Below, in pieces: positions 1 through 9,891 of a stretch of DNA of 54,115 bases (position 1 is its first letter; each line of letters opens with the position of its first letter). This DNA comes from Candidatus Zixiibacteriota bacterium (GTDB lineage Bacteria > Zixibacteria > MSB-5A5 > GN15 > FEB-12). The stretch is from assembly GCA_020344395.1 (NCBI GenBank), contig CP070824.1:1836072-1890186 (forward strand), read 5' to 3'. The notes beneath the pieces are model-generated. The model had not been told where the DNA came from, did no database searches, and was given only the letters and a program-made list of their open reading frames with translations. The translations under genes and the position numbers were made by a program.

Positions 1-1812
1 GAGACACATCAGCGGAAGGAAAAGGAAACAATTGCCAGGCTCTCGTTCTTCGATACTCTGGTAAGTTACTTTGTTTCACCTCGGTTGAATATGCGCGACA
101 GGATAAACCAGTCCTACGCGCTCAATACCGGCGACTACTTCAAGTTTGATCCGTCCTGGTTCGTGCTCAGTCATGAGGCCACACCGATGCGAACAACGGT
201 GCAGCCTTACGGGCTGGCCGGGGACAGGCTGAACGTGATTCACAACGGTGAAGCGGTATCACCGTTTGAACATTTTCCTGAGCCGGATGGGCTGATGGAC
301 ATGAATGACCTGCCCTCGGCTCTGGACGGCGAAGTGTATCTGCTCACCGGACCCAGGGGACGACTTTTTGGAGGCGGCCAGAGCGTGGCTACTTTACTGA
401 CACGATCGAAGAGACCGGATGATTATCGTCCGGAAACGGCACTCCTGGTTGACAAGGGGTCATTTCTCTATTCGTTCGCGCGCGGCCGCTATTCGAAAAT
501 CTTCACCGGCGGGCGTGAGATGGATCTTTCAGTAGCTTACCGAAAGGCGGACGGTCTCTACTACAACCACTTTGAAGATTCGTACGATTATTATGGCAGT
601 CTGTACGAGCCTCTTTCGGCGGATTATGGCATGAGGGTAGTGGGCCACCTGTATGATCGTGACGGTCGACTGGCGGTGCGACCGAGCAGCCCGTACGGGT
701 TCGGCTCGCTCCAGGCCAGAGATCGCTTCGACCGCAGTCTGCGGATAGGTGCGGTACGTCATAATCGTTCACACACGGCCAGGACAGAGGTCGGCTACGC
801 GCATTTGCGCCAGGGCTCCTACCTGACGCAGGTTTACAGTGCGGATTTCAATAAGTGGGGTCATGGCGGTTATATCGAGCATGAGTTCGTCCGGGGGAAT
901 CGTATGTTTGCGGTTTCGGCCGATGCTGACTATCTCAAGTATCAGTATTCGCCGCGCAATGAAACAGCTACCCGGTGGACAGCGTCCGTTGATGTTACGG
1001 CTGTTGCTCTGACCAGTCCTTTTCGCTACGGGCTGCAGACATCTGTGGAGTATGTGGACGGGTTCAGGTTTCTTCCCTCGGGCACGGCTGTGGTTTACTA
1101 CGAGTCGGACCGGCTGTACACGAGTGGCTCGGTGGGGTACTCGGAACGGGCACCGGCGCTGCACGAGTTGAACCTTCAATATCAGTCAGCGCCTGTCTAT
1201 GGTGCGAGTCCGACAGTTTACGCCGATGAGGGGAATCGGTACCTGATCACCGAGAAGCAGTTGGTCGGATGTCTGGACATTGAATACGGCGCGGACGAGC
1301 GCAGCCTCGGCCTTCGTTTGACAGGCGGCCGCATTAAAGATGGGATTGACTGGAATCGGCTGCAGGGGGACACGGTGACGTTTCGGCCGATGAATGGAGA
1401 CATTGATTTCGCCACGGCCACGGGTCTGGCAGCCTATCGCCTGGCCGACATTATTCGGCTTAACGCCGGTGCATCATACCACTGGATCGACTACGAGCGA
1501 TTCGAGACCAGGGCGTACACGCCTGAGTACCAGGTGTTTTCGGGAGTCGAGTTCCATCTGTTCTGGTCGCAGAAGCTGATAGATCTCCGGGCGTACGGCG
1601 AAGCAATTCTGGTGGGGCCGTACGATGGCTATGATACTCAGGGATTGGGACAGGACCTGGTGATAAACGGTAAACTGTCGTTTCGTATGGGCGGTTTTCG
1701 GTTTCATTACATCTTTCACAACCTGTTGTCGAGGGTGTATTATCCGAGAGAGCAGTTCATGAACATAGGTCGCTATAATTCCTGGGGTTTCACCTGGGAA
1801 TTCCTTAACTAA
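1..1812 (+). CDS. Putative outer-membrane beta-barrel protein, 5'-truncated at window edge (family not recognised)
   Basis: Frame 1 is open from nt 1, with no stop before the TTG/ATG at 85/91, so the gene probably starts upstream of the window. There is no signal peptide at the ORF-track start. The protein is Tyr/Gly/Arg/Asp-rich with an alternating beta-strand-like pattern and an aromatic C-terminal strand (NSWGFTWEFLN). Confidence 0.4.
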   Translation, partial: ETHQRKEKETIARLSFFDTLVSYFVSPRLNMRDRINQSYALNTGDYFKFDPSWFVLSHEATPMRTTVQPYGLAGDRLNVIHNGEAVSPFEHFPEPDGLMDMNDLPSALDGEVYLLTGPRGRLFGGGQSVATLLTRSKRPDDYRPETALLVDKGSFLYSFARGRYSKIFTGGREMDLSVAYRKADGLYYNHFEDSYDYYGSLYEPLSADYGMRVVGHLYDRDGRLAVRPSSPYGFGSLQARDRFDRSLRIGAVRHNRSHTARTEVGYAHLRQGSYLTQVYSADFNKWGHGGYIEHEFVRGNRMFAVSADADYLKYQYSPRNETATRWTASVDVTAVALTSPFRYGLQTSVEYVDGFRFLPSGTAVVYYESDRLYTSGSVGYSERAPALHELNLQYQSAPVYGASPTVYADEGNRYLITEKQLVGCLDIEYGADERSLGLRLTGGRIKDGIDWNRLQGDTVTFRPMNGDIDFATATGLAAYRLADIIRLNAGASYHWIDYERFETRAYTPEYQVFSGVEFHLFWSQKLIDLRAYGEAILVGPYDGYDTQGLGQDLVINGKLSFRMGGFRFHYIFHNLLSRVYYPREQFMNIGRYNSWGFTWEFLN

Positions 1813-1843
1813 AGACCCTGCAGATACCTTACTTGACACTCAG

Positions 1844-2428
1844 ATGTCCCGGTTGTTTATTGGGCAGTCCATGGATCTGAAACTGACGCGCGATGCAGCC
1901 TACCATCTTGTCGAGGACAAGATCGGCCACAACAATCTGCTGAAACATATCCTTGCGGTGGAGGCCGGGATGCGACGGCTGGCCGAGCATCTCAACGAGG
2001 ATGTTGACTACTGGGGTTTGACCGGGCTCGTCCATGACCTTGACTACAACGAAACCAAGGATGACGAGGCCCGACACAGTTATCTTACCACCGAATGGCT
2101 AGCTGAGTATAAACTGCCTGAAGAGATGCTCTATGCGATCCACGCCCACCCGGGTCACGTGCCGTGTCGTACAAATTTGGACTGGGCTTTGTACGCGGTG
2201 GACCCGACGACCGGGTTTATTGTTGCCTGTGCCCTGATGCACCCGTCGAAGAAACTCGATGCTATTGATGTTGGCTTCATGATCAGGCGTTTCGGCGAGA
2301 AGCGGTTTGCGGCCGGGGCTAATCGGGAGAACATCTCCGCCTGCTCGGAGCTGGGGCTGGAACTGGAGCCGTTTCTGAAGCTCGTGCATGAGGGCATGCT
2401 GGGTATCCGGGACAAGCTGGGATTGTGA
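1844..2428 (+). CDS. Stand-alone HD-superfamily metal-dependent phosphohydrolase (COG2316-like)
   Basis: 194 aa. H...HD signature (LLKHILAVEAG ... GLVHDLDYNE) plus a later HAHPGH. The stop overlaps the next gene's GTG start (GTGA). Confidence 0.7.
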   Translation: MSRLFIGQSMDLKLTRDAAYHLVEDKIGHNNLLKHILAVEAGMRRLAEHLNEDVDYWGLTGLVHDLDYNETKDDEARHSYLTTEWLAEYKLPEEMLYAIHAHPGHVPCRTNLDWALYAVDPTTGFIVACALMHPSKKLDAIDVGFMIRRFGEKRFAAGANRENISACSELGLELEPFLKLVHEGMLGIRDKLGL

Positions 2429-3771
2429 ACGAAGTGAGTACAGATCGGTCGGCTGACTCGTCGATCTGGCGGCGGGATGTTGTCGGCTGGTCTCTTTACG
2501 ATTTCGCCAACACCATCTACTCGATGAATATCGTTTCGCTGTATCTGAAACGGTATATCGTTGAGGATCTTGGACATGAAGACTATTATTTCGACGTGGC
2601 GTTTTCGGTGTCGATGCTGCTGGCGGCGGTTCTGTTGCCGGCCCTTGGAGCCATGTCGGATCATGCGACACGCAAGAAGCTATTTCTTTTTCTTTTCACG
2701 TTTACATGTTGTCTGTCGGTTGGAATCCTGCCTCTTGTTCCTCCCGGCCTGATCTTTGTTGGCCTGGCCCTTTTTATTGTGGCCAACTTTGCGTACGAAG
2801 CGGGCCAGCCGTTTTATAATACGCTGCTGTATTCGGTTGCCTCGGGTCGGCAGGCACGACTGATATCCGGGTTCGGTGTGGCGTGGGGATATGTAGGCTC
2901 CATTCTCGGCATGGTTTTCGTTCTGCCTTTTGTAACGGGCGAAGTGTTTGGGTGGAATACGCCGTTTCTGAACGGCAGCGGTAAGGTCGGGTCGTTTCTA
3001 CCGTCGGCGGTGCTGTTTATGTTGTTCTCACTGCCGCTGTTTTTCTGGGTTCGTGAGAAGCCGGTGGTGAGCGAGAAGAAGATGACTTTTTCAAAGGCTT
3101 ACCGGGATGTCTGGGACGGTATCCGACAGACTCGAAAGTATCCTGGAGTGCTGCGATACCTGATCGCAGACTACTTCTTCGAGGATGCCGTCACCACCGT
3201 GATCCTGAATATAGGAATTTACTGCTCCATTGTCGTCGGATTCGCAGAGGGCCAGATTACGTTGTTTCTTATCATCTCAACGGTGTCGGCAGTGATCGGC
3301 TCCTTTGCGATGGGCTGGCTGGCCAAGATCTGGCGACTCAAGACGTTGATGATGCTGATCGTGTACGGCTGGATTGGCTCGCTGGTCATATTTGTAGTAT
3401 CGAGTGACAGGTATGTGGTCTGGGTGATGGGTTCGATAGTCGGGATTCTGTTGGGAGGGCTCTGGACCACCAGCCGACCGATGCTGGCCGAGCTGGTGCC
3501 TCGCGAGAGTCTGGGAAGGTTTTTCGGGCTATTCTCATTATCGGGGCGGGCAGCGGCGTTTATCGGGCCGCTGATATGGACCGGAGTCGTAGTGTTGTTC
3601 CAGCCGGACAGTTCCCTGGGGCAAGCAACAATCGAGTTTCTTGGTATGTCTGACGACACAGCGGCCGGCCTGCCATACAAAGCAGGGATACTTTCACTGG
3701 CGGCCATTATGGTTATAGGACTGATCATTTTCAGAAAAGTCCCGCACTCAAGGAAAACAGGTAATGGCTAG
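2425..3771 (+). CDS. MFS transporter, UMF1 / Atg22-like family
   Basis: 448 aa with about 12 hydrophobic helices. The N-terminal motif WSLYDFANTIYSMNIVSLYL is characteristic of UMF1-type MFS permeases. Overlaps both neighbouring genes. Confidence 0.7.
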   Translation: MNEVSTDRSADSSIWRRDVVGWSLYDFANTIYSMNIVSLYLKRYIVEDLGHEDYYFDVAFSVSMLLAAVLLPALGAMSDHATRKKLFLFLFTFTCCLSVGILPLVPPGLIFVGLALFIVANFAYEAGQPFYNTLLYSVASGRQARLISGFGVAWGYVGSILGMVFVLPFVTGEVFGWNTPFLNGSGKVGSFLPSAVLFMLFSLPLFFWVREKPVVSEKKMTFSKAYRDVWDGIRQTRKYPGVLRYLIADYFFEDAVTTVILNIGIYCSIVVGFAEGQITLFLIISTVSAVIGSFAMGWLAKIWRLKTLMMLIVYGWIGSLVIFVVSSDRYVVWVMGSIVGILLGGLWTTSRPMLAELVPRESLGRFFGLFSLSGRAAAFIGPLIWTGVVVLFQPDSSLGQATIEFLGMSDDTAAGLPYKAGILSLAAIMVIGLIIFRKVPHSRKTGNG

Positions 3772-4813
3772 GAAAGTTGGAGATCATTACCAGTATTCGG
3801 GCGCGGTCCATGTCCACACGACTGTCTCGGACGGCACCAAGACACTTGATGAGGTAATCGCTATCGGGCAGTCGGCCGGACTTGATTTTCTCATGTTGAG
3901 CGACCACATGGATCTGGCCGGCCGGGAGGCCGGGGGCGAAGGAAAGTATGGAAAGATGCTGGTGCTGATCGGGTACGAGCACAACGACGAAGACGATATT
4001 CACCACTACCTGATTTTTGGTTCACCCGGTGTATATCCGCGGGAGATGAGCGCGAAGGAGTACGTAGCGGCCGCCGCCGTTGACGGCGCGCTGGGGATCA
4101 TTGCTCATCCCGATGAAATCCGGCCGAAGGAGGGGAGACATCCTCCGTATCCCTGGCTGGACTGGTCAGTCGAGGGCTACGATGGCATCGAAATCTGGAA
4201 TCAGATGTCGGAATGGATGGAGAAACTGACGGCATGGAACAAGGTTCCGATGGCTTTTTCGCCTCGAAAGTCAATGGCGGGGCCGACGGCTCGCCTGCTG
4301 AAGATATGGGATGAGGTCAGCATGACACGCAAGGTGGTCGGAGTGGTGGCGGTGGATGCGCATGCCTTCGCCATCGGTGTCGGGCCGTTGACAGTGCAGA
4401 TATTTCCATACAAGGTCCACTTCAGGACTCTCAGAACTCATGTCATGTTGCCGGAGCGGCTGTCGGATGATTTTGAGATCGCACGAGACCAGGTTTATGC
4501 TGCCCTTCGTGATTGTCGTGCCTTTGGGTCCAATATGCGCTGGGGATCTGCGGACGGTTTCCAGTTTACGGCCGAAAACAGCTCTGAAAAAGCCATTTCA
4601 GGTGGAAGTGTCTCAGATGTGCAGAACACACGATTATGGGTTGACCTGCCGTCCCGGGCGCTGGTACGCATTGTCGGGAACGGCAGCACATTGCTGCAGA
4701 CAGAATCCGAGAGTGTCGATTACGCAGTGACGCAAGCCGGGATCTATCGTGTTGAAGCATGGAAGGGCAAACGGGGCTGGATATTTTCTAACCACATCCG
4801 GGTAGGTATCTGA
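3764..4813 (+). CDS. PHP-domain metal-dependent phosphoesterase (CehA/McbA-like)
   Basis: 349 aa. PHP metal-ligand motifs HVHTTVSDG, LMLSDH and IAHPDE. 8-nt overlap with the MFS gene. Confidence 0.7.
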   Translation: MARKVGDHYQYSGAVHVHTTVSDGTKTLDEVIAIGQSAGLDFLMLSDHMDLAGREAGGEGKYGKMLVLIGYEHNDEDDIHHYLIFGSPGVYPREMSAKEYVAAAAVDGALGIIAHPDEIRPKEGRHPPYPWLDWSVEGYDGIEIWNQMSEWMEKLTAWNKVPMAFSPRKSMAGPTARLLKIWDEVSMTRKVVGVVAVDAHAFAIGVGPLTVQIFPYKVHFRTLRTHVMLPERLSDDFEIARDQVYAALRDCRAFGSNMRWGSADGFQFTAENSSEKAISGGSVSDVQNTRLWVDLPSRALVRIVGNGSTLLQTESESVDYAVTQAGIYRVEAWKGKRGWIFSNHIRVGI

Positions 4814-4831
4814 CTCGCGGGACCGAATGAC

Positions 4832-5230
4832 ATGGAAAACACAACAATTAACCTGTCAAATGACAGCAAAGCGGACTCGCTGCCGGACGAGACCTGCACC
4901 TGCAAATTCGTGCTGATTAGAGTCGGCGGTGTGTGGCACCTTGTTTTCGGATTGCTCAGAGAGTTCCGTTACCATGCTGCTCTGGTCGAGAGATTCTGCC
5001 GACTCCATGGCATCGCGACGGCCTGGGTGGTCGAGCCGGAGCAGATTGAGATTGATGACCGGGATGTCGAACTGGGCGGTGGAGGATATATCAGGTTCGA
5101 GCCCGAAAAGGCAGCGGTTGATGTTTTTGGCTACTCCACTGTCTACGGAGGGTTTGACAGGCATGTGCTTCGTGACATCATCCGGGATGATGCTGCCTGG
5201 ACCCCTGTGACGCTGTCGATTGAGGACTGA
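4832..5230 (+). CDS. Hypothetical protein
   Basis: 132-aa ORF with plausible composition, no recognisable motif, and no signal peptide or TM helix. Last gene before the nuo promoter region. Confidence 0.4.
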   Translation: MENTTINLSNDSKADSLPDETCTCKFVLIRVGGVWHLVFGLLREFRYHAALVERFCRLHGIATAWVVEPEQIEIDDRDVELGGGGYIRFEPEKAAVDVFGYSTVYGGFDRHVLRDIIRDDAAWTPVTLSIED

Positions 5231-5401
5231 CCGGTATTTGCTGTTTGTGATATTATTACCAATCTCCTTCCGGCCGCCTGGCGGAATGCGACTCGCCGGC
5301 CAGTGTAACAATTGCTGTGTTAACGAGTTGGGTTGCTGTATATGGATAACTTAGGCCCACGTATAGCCGTTAAGGATGGCGGAAGTGTTTATAGAAATCA
5401 G

Positions 5402-5430
5402 TTGACTTTGAAGCAGGCAGCCAGTAAAGT
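5402..5430 (+). promoter_or_regulatory. Sigma-70-like promoter candidate for the nuo operon
   Basis: TTGACT (5402-5407), 17-nt spacer, TAAAGT (5425-5430). Lies about 45 nt upstream of the nuoA ATG in a 239-bp AT-richer spacer. Confidence 0.4.
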
Positions 5431-5475
5431 AGGCAAAACGTTTTCCGGCAGTCAACAGCTTAAGGTGTATTGTTG

Positions 5476-5832
5476 ATGTTTGAGACATTCTATCCGATTC
5501 TTTTCCTGGTGCTTGTAGCCGTGGTACTGGCGGTGGCGCTTTCGGCGCTTTCGATCTTTTTCGGGCGGCGAAGCAAATCAGGAAAGAAGGGCCAGCCGTA
5601 TGAGTGCGGTATTGAGCCGGTGGGGACCACCAAAGAGCCGGTGCCGGTAAAGTTCTTTATGATCGCAATCTCTTTTATTCTGTTCGACATAGAGGTGATA
5701 TTTCTGCTTCCCTGGGCGGTAGTGGCGCGAGATCTCGGGATGTTCGGTTTTGTTGCGATCCTCATCTTTGTAACCGCTGTGCTGATCGGTTATGTCTATG
5801 AGATCGGACGTGGAGCCCTCAGATGGGAATAG
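5476..5832 (+). CDS. nuoA: NADH:quinone oxidoreductase subunit A
   Basis: Three TM helices and the conserved YECGIEP motif. The ORF track starts at TTG 5470; ATG 5476 sits 8 nt after AAGGTG and is the more likely start. Confidence 0.9.
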   Translation: MFETFYPILFLVLVAVVLAVALSALSIFFGRRSKSGKKGQPYECGIEPVGTTKEPVPVKFFMIAISFILFDIEVIFLLPWAVVARDLGMFGFVAILIFVTAVLIGYVYEIGRGALRWE

Positions 5833-6326
5833 AAGAGAAGATACCGGATTCGATAATTCTAACGTCTCTTGATAAGCTCGTCAACTGGGCACGCAAGCGT
5901 TCGATGTGGCCGCTGGGTTTCGGGCTGGCCTGCTGCGCGATTGAGATGATTTCCACGTTTGCCTCTCACTTCGATCTGGCCCGTTTCGGGATGGAGGTTA
6001 TGCGGCCGTCACCGAGGCAGGCCGACCTGATGATCGTAGCCGGGCGTGTTTCAATCAAGATGGTTCCGGTTATCAAGACGTTATACGAGCAGATGCCGAA
6101 TCCCAAGTGGGTGATCGCCATGGGTGCTTGTGCCTCCACCGGCGGCGTGTTCAACAACTATGCTATTCTTCAAGGTGTGGACAGGATCATCCCGGTCGAC
6201 GTTTATGTACCGGGTTGTCCGCCGCGTCCGGAGCAACTCATGGACGGCATACTAAAGCTGTACGACAAGGTTCAGAAAGAGTCCCTGGGCATCAAACGTG
6301 ATGAGCGGGAGCGCAAGATCGGCTGA
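5823..6326 (+). CDS. nuoB: NADH:quinone oxidoreductase subunit B (N2 cluster)
   Basis: [14 protein letters not shown] and VPGCPPRPE cluster-N2 motifs. 10-nt overlap with nuoA. Confidence 0.95.
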   Translation: MGIEEKIPDSIILTSLDKLVNWARKRSMWPLGFGLACCAIEMISTFASHFDLARFGMEVMRPSPRQADLMIVAGRVSIKMVPVIKTLYEQMPNPKWVIAMGACASTGGVFNNYAILQGVDRIIPVDVYVPGCPPRPEQLMDGILKLYDKVQKESLGIKRDERERKIG

Positions 6327-6390
6327 GCAGATCGATAGTGTCATGGTCGAGCAGGGATGAGTTTATAGGTATTAGCACCGCGGTCAGTAC

Positions 6391-6906
6391 ATGAGAGAAA
6401 AGGTCAGCAAATTCTTGCACAGCAACTTCGGTGACTGGATAATCAGCGAAGAAACTTTCCGAGACCAGCAGTCGATCTTTATAAAACCGGAGGCGCTTTC
6501 ACCCATCTGTCGGTCGCTGTTGGAGGATGAAACTCTCGGCATCAGGTTCCTCAGTGACATTACGTCGGTTGACTGGCTGGGCCATGCCCGTGAGAAGGAC
6601 GGGCGCTTTGAAGTTGTTTATAATCTGTACTCACTGAAATACAAGTACCGCTTCTTCCTGAAGGTGCACCTGCCGGCGGATAATCCCCAGATCGACTCAC
6701 TTACTCCCCTGTGGGAGGGTGCCAACTGGATGGAACGGGAAGTCTGGGACATGATGGGTATCACGTTCATCGGGCACCCGGACCTGACCCGGATTCTGAA
6801 CCCGGAGGATATGGAAGGACACCCGCTCCGCCGCGATTATTCCCTGACCTGGGAACAGCCGCAATTTACCTGGAACAAGGACAGACCCCCGGAGATCAAA
6901 GGCTGA
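6391..6906 (+). CDS. nuoC: NADH:quinone oxidoreductase subunit C
   Basis: 171 aa with the conserved EREVWDMMGITFIGHPDL motif. Position between nuoB and nuoD. Confidence 0.9.
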   Translation: MREKVSKFLHSNFGDWIISEETFRDQQSIFIKPEALSPICRSLLEDETLGIRFLSDITSVDWLGHAREKDGRFEVVYNLYSLKYKYRFFLKVHLPADNPQIDSLTPLWEGANWMEREVWDMMGITFIGHPDLTRILNPEDMEGHPLRRDYSLTWEQPQFTWNKDRPPEIKG

Positions 6907-8075
6907 TGGCTACCGAGACCATGCATATCAACATGGGGCCTCAGCATCCATCCACGCATGGAGTGTTGCGGGTAGAGCTTGATGTCGATGGTGAGACGGT
7001 CGTGCGGGCCAGGCCTGTCATTGGTTATCTCCATACCGGTATCGAAAAAACAATGGAGTCAAAACTTTATTACAAGGCGATTCCGTGCACCGATCGGATG
7101 GACTACCTCAACCCGATGGGAAACAATCTCGGCTACAGCCTGGCCATCGAGAAGCTGATGGGAATAGAGGTGCCGGATCGGGTCAAATGGGTGAGGGTGA
7201 TACTTGCCGAACTGACCCGGCTGAACTCTCACATCGTGTGGCTGGGCACCCATGCCCTCGACCTTGGGGCTATGTCGATGCTCCTTTACACATTCAGGGA
7301 GCGGGAGAGTATTCTGGATGTTTACGAGGCTTGCAGCGGTCAGCGCATGATGAGCAGTTATATTCGTATCGGTGGACTGGCTCATGATATTCCGCGCGAT
7401 TTTGACAAGGTGGTAAAGCGGATTCTGGATGAGTTCCCTGACAAGCTGCAGGACTACGAGGCGCTGCTCACGGACAACGAGATCTTCATCAACCGTACCA
7501 AGGGGGTGGCAGTGATTTCGGCCGAGGAGGCCATCAACCTGTCGCTGACAGGCCCCATGCTTCGTGGTTGCGGCGTGAACTATGATGTACGGAAGGCGGA
7601 GCCATACAGCGGCTACGAGAATTTCGACTTTGACATCCCGCTGGGCAAGAACGGTGACGCCTATGATCGCTACCTTATACGGCTGGCCGAGATGAGGCAG
7701 TCGCTGAGGATAGTCCGGCAGGCCATCGATGGGATGCCGGAGGGCCCATACCGAGCGCGTGTACCGGGAGTGGTGTTGCCGCCGAAGGAAGATGTTCTTC
7801 ACAAGATGGAATCCATGATCTTTCACTTCAAGATCATCACGGAGGGGTTCAAAGCACCACAGGGGGCGGTCTACCAGGCGATAGAATCTCCCAAAGGTGA
7901 ACTCGGTTTTTACATATCGTCGGACGGCAGTAACAAGCCGAATCGTGTGCGTGTAAGACCGCCCGCATTTATTAATCTGGGTTCGCTTCCGAGTCTGGTG
8001 GAGGGTCGTCTCTTTTCGGACGTCGTGTGTGCTATAGGTTCCATTGATATCATACTTGGGGAGGTTGATCGGTGA
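6906..8075 (+). CDS. nuoD: NADH:quinone oxidoreductase subunit D
   Basis: Starts MATETMHINMGPQHPSTHGVLR (HPSTHG motif). ATG 6906 overlaps the nuoC stop (ATGA). The ORF-track start at 6711 lies inside nuoC and is an out-of-frame overlap artefact. Confidence 0.93.
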   Translation: MATETMHINMGPQHPSTHGVLRVELDVDGETVVRARPVIGYLHTGIEKTMESKLYYKAIPCTDRMDYLNPMGNNLGYSLAIEKLMGIEVPDRVKWVRVILAELTRLNSHIVWLGTHALDLGAMSMLLYTFRERESILDVYEACSGQRMMSSYIRIGGLAHDIPRDFDKVVKRILDEFPDKLQDYEALLTDNEIFINRTKGVAVISAEEAINLSLTGPMLRGCGVNYDVRKAEPYSGYENFDFDIPLGKNGDAYDRYLIRLAEMRQSLRIVRQAIDGMPEGPYRARVPGVVLPPKEDVLHKMESMIFHFKIITEGFKAPQGAVYQAIESPKGELGFYISSDGSNKPNRVRVRPPAFINLGSLPSLVEGRLFSDVVCAIGSIDIILGEVDR

Positions 8076-8548
8076 TGCTGGCCGAAGAATCAATCGCCCT
8101 CATCAAGGAAAAGGCAGCCAAATATCCGGAGCGCAAGTCGGCCATCCTTCCCGCCCTTACCGTGGCTTACCGTCAAGTAGGTCATCTCAATGATGAACTT
8201 TACTCCGAGATTTCGGAGATTATCAGGGTGCCGGCGGTTGAGATCGCCGAAGCGGCAACCTTCTATACGATGTTCCCCAAGCATCCGGTCGGCAAGTACC
8301 TTATTCAGGTGTGCCACAATATATCCTGTGCGCTGCTGGGCGCGGACAGCCTGATAGGGTATCTCGAAGAAAAGCTGGAGATAAAGAAGGGTGAGACAAC
8401 GTCTGATAACCTGTTTACGCTGGTGACGGTGGAATGTCTTGGTTCCTGCTGCACGGCTCCGATGATGCAGATCAATCAGGATTACTACGAGAATTTGACT
8501 CGTGAGCGGGTCGACGAGATACTTGAAGAACTGAGGACCCGGGCATGA
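8072..8548 (+). CDS. nuoE: NADH:quinone oxidoreductase subunit E (2Fe-2S)
   Basis: 158 aa. Thioredoxin-like 2Fe-2S Cys pattern (VCHNISC ... ECLGSCCTAP). GTG 8072 or ATG 8075 start, overlapping the nuoD stop. Confidence 0.9.
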   Translation: MMLAEESIALIKEKAAKYPERKSAILPALTVAYRQVGHLNDELYSEISEIIRVPAVEIAEAATFYTMFPKHPVGKYLIQVCHNISCALLGADSLIGYLEEKLEIKKGETTSDNLFTLVTVECLGSCCTAPMMQINQDYYENLTRERVDEILEELRTRA

Positions 8549-9882
8549 GTTTCTATTCCCCGGTCAGGACCAACGCCTCAGAAGTGGCCGAGAGCGACCG
8601 CCTGCATCTTCTGAAGTACGCTGAAGATCCGAACCAGTGCAGCATCGATACGTACGTTCAACGGGGCGGCTATGGGGCGTGGCGGAAGGCCCTCACGTCG
8701 ATGAAGCCTGAAGAGGTTATTACCGCGATCAAGGATTCCGGCCTGCGGGGTCGCGGCGGAGCGGGATTCCCTACCGGCATGAAGTGGGGGTTTGTGCCCA
8801 AGGACTCGCCCAAACCTCGATACTTGATCTGCAATGCGGATGAGTCGGAGCCGGGAACGTGCAAGGATCGTGTGATCATGGAGAGGGATCCGCACGCTAT
8901 GATTGAAGGCATGGCTATCGCTGCCTATGCCATCGGAAGCCACCTCATGTTCGTCTATATCAGGGGTGAGTTTGCTCACTGCGCCGATCAGGTCGAGAAA
9001 GCCATGAATGAGGCATATGCTCAGGGACAACTGGGGAAGAATATTCATGGCTCCGGTTACGACCTGGACATGATAGTTCACACCGGAGGGGGAGCCTATA
9101 TCTGCGGTGAGGAGACCGCGCTGCTCAACTCCTTGGAAGGGTTGCGCGGGATGTCCCGCATTCGCCCGCCCTTCCCGGCTGTGGCGGGGCTGTATGGGTG
9201 CCCCACGATTGTCAATAATGTAGAGTCGCTGGCCTCGGTCCCGCACATCATTAATCGCGGCGCGGACTGGTATCGCTCACTCGGTACGGAAAAGTCGGCC
9301 GGCTCAAAGTTGTTCAGCCTTTCGGGACACATAAAGCAACCCGGCAACTACGAAGTCGAGCTGGGGTTCAGCCTGAAGACGCTGATCTACGATCCGAAGT
9401 ATGGTGGCGGCATACTCGACGACAAGAAGCTCAAAGGCGTGATCCCCGGGGGTGCCTCGACGCCCCTGCTCACTCCGGACATGATAGAGGTCGGACTTGA
9501 CTATGAATCGCTGCCTGAGAAGGGATCCATGCTAGGCTCGGGCGCCGTGATCGTCTTTCATGAAGAGACCTGTATTGTCTGGGTAATACAGAGACTGATT
9601 CATTTTTTCCGGCATGAATCGTGTGGCAAATGCACACCGTGCCACGAAGGCACGGCCTGGCTGGAGAAGCTTATAAATCGTGTGGAGTCCGGTAAGGGCG
9701 AAGAAGGCGACATAGAGAAGATCGACGACATCTGCAGCAATATCCTCGGCCGCACGGTCTGCCCGCTGGGAGATGCGGCCGTGATGCCAATACAGTCAGC
9801 CATCGAGCTATATCGGGATGAATGGGAACATCATATCAGACACGGCAAGTGCCTGGTGAAATCGCAGTTCGGATTGAAGTGA
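8545..9882 (+). CDS. nuoF: NADH:quinone oxidoreductase subunit F (FMN/NADH site, N3)
   Basis: GLRGRGGAGFPTGMKW FMN/NADH motif and ESCGKCTPCHEG 4Fe-4S motif. ATGA overlap with nuoE. Confidence 0.95.
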   Translation: MSFYSPVRTNASEVAESDRLHLLKYAEDPNQCSIDTYVQRGGYGAWRKALTSMKPEEVITAIKDSGLRGRGGAGFPTGMKWGFVPKDSPKPRYLICNADESEPGTCKDRVIMERDPHAMIEGMAIAAYAIGSHLMFVYIRGEFAHCADQVEKAMNEAYAQGQLGKNIHGSGYDLDMIVHTGGGAYICGEETALLNSLEGLRGMSRIRPPFPAVAGLYGCPTIVNNVESLASVPHIINRGADWYRSLGTEKSAGSKLFSLSGHIKQPGNYEVELGFSLKTLIYDPKYGGGILDDKKLKGVIPGGASTPLLTPDMIEVGLDYESLPEKGSMLGSGAVIVFHEETCIVWVIQRLIHFFRHESCGKCTPCHEGTAWLEKLINRVESGKGEEGDIEKIDDICSNILGRTVCPLGDAAVMPIQSAIELYRDEWEHHIRHGKCLVKSQFGLK

Positions 9883-9891
9883 GTGTGAGTT

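Noticed and set aside
6711-6905. N-terminal 65-aa extension of nuoD suggested by the ORF track
   Set aside because: The extension overlaps nuoC in another frame and is Pro/Gly-rich. ATG 6906 gives the canonical NuoD N-terminus and an ATGA coupling with the nuoC stop.
7059-8093. 344-aa minus-strand ORF antisense to nuoD
   Set aside because: Shadow ORF opposite a highly conserved gene in GC-rich DNA. Arg/His/Pro/Leu-rich composition with no motif. The same reasoning applies to 15151-15963, 15970-17028, 10639-11247, 17131-17730 and 8578-9246 (all antisense to nuo genes).
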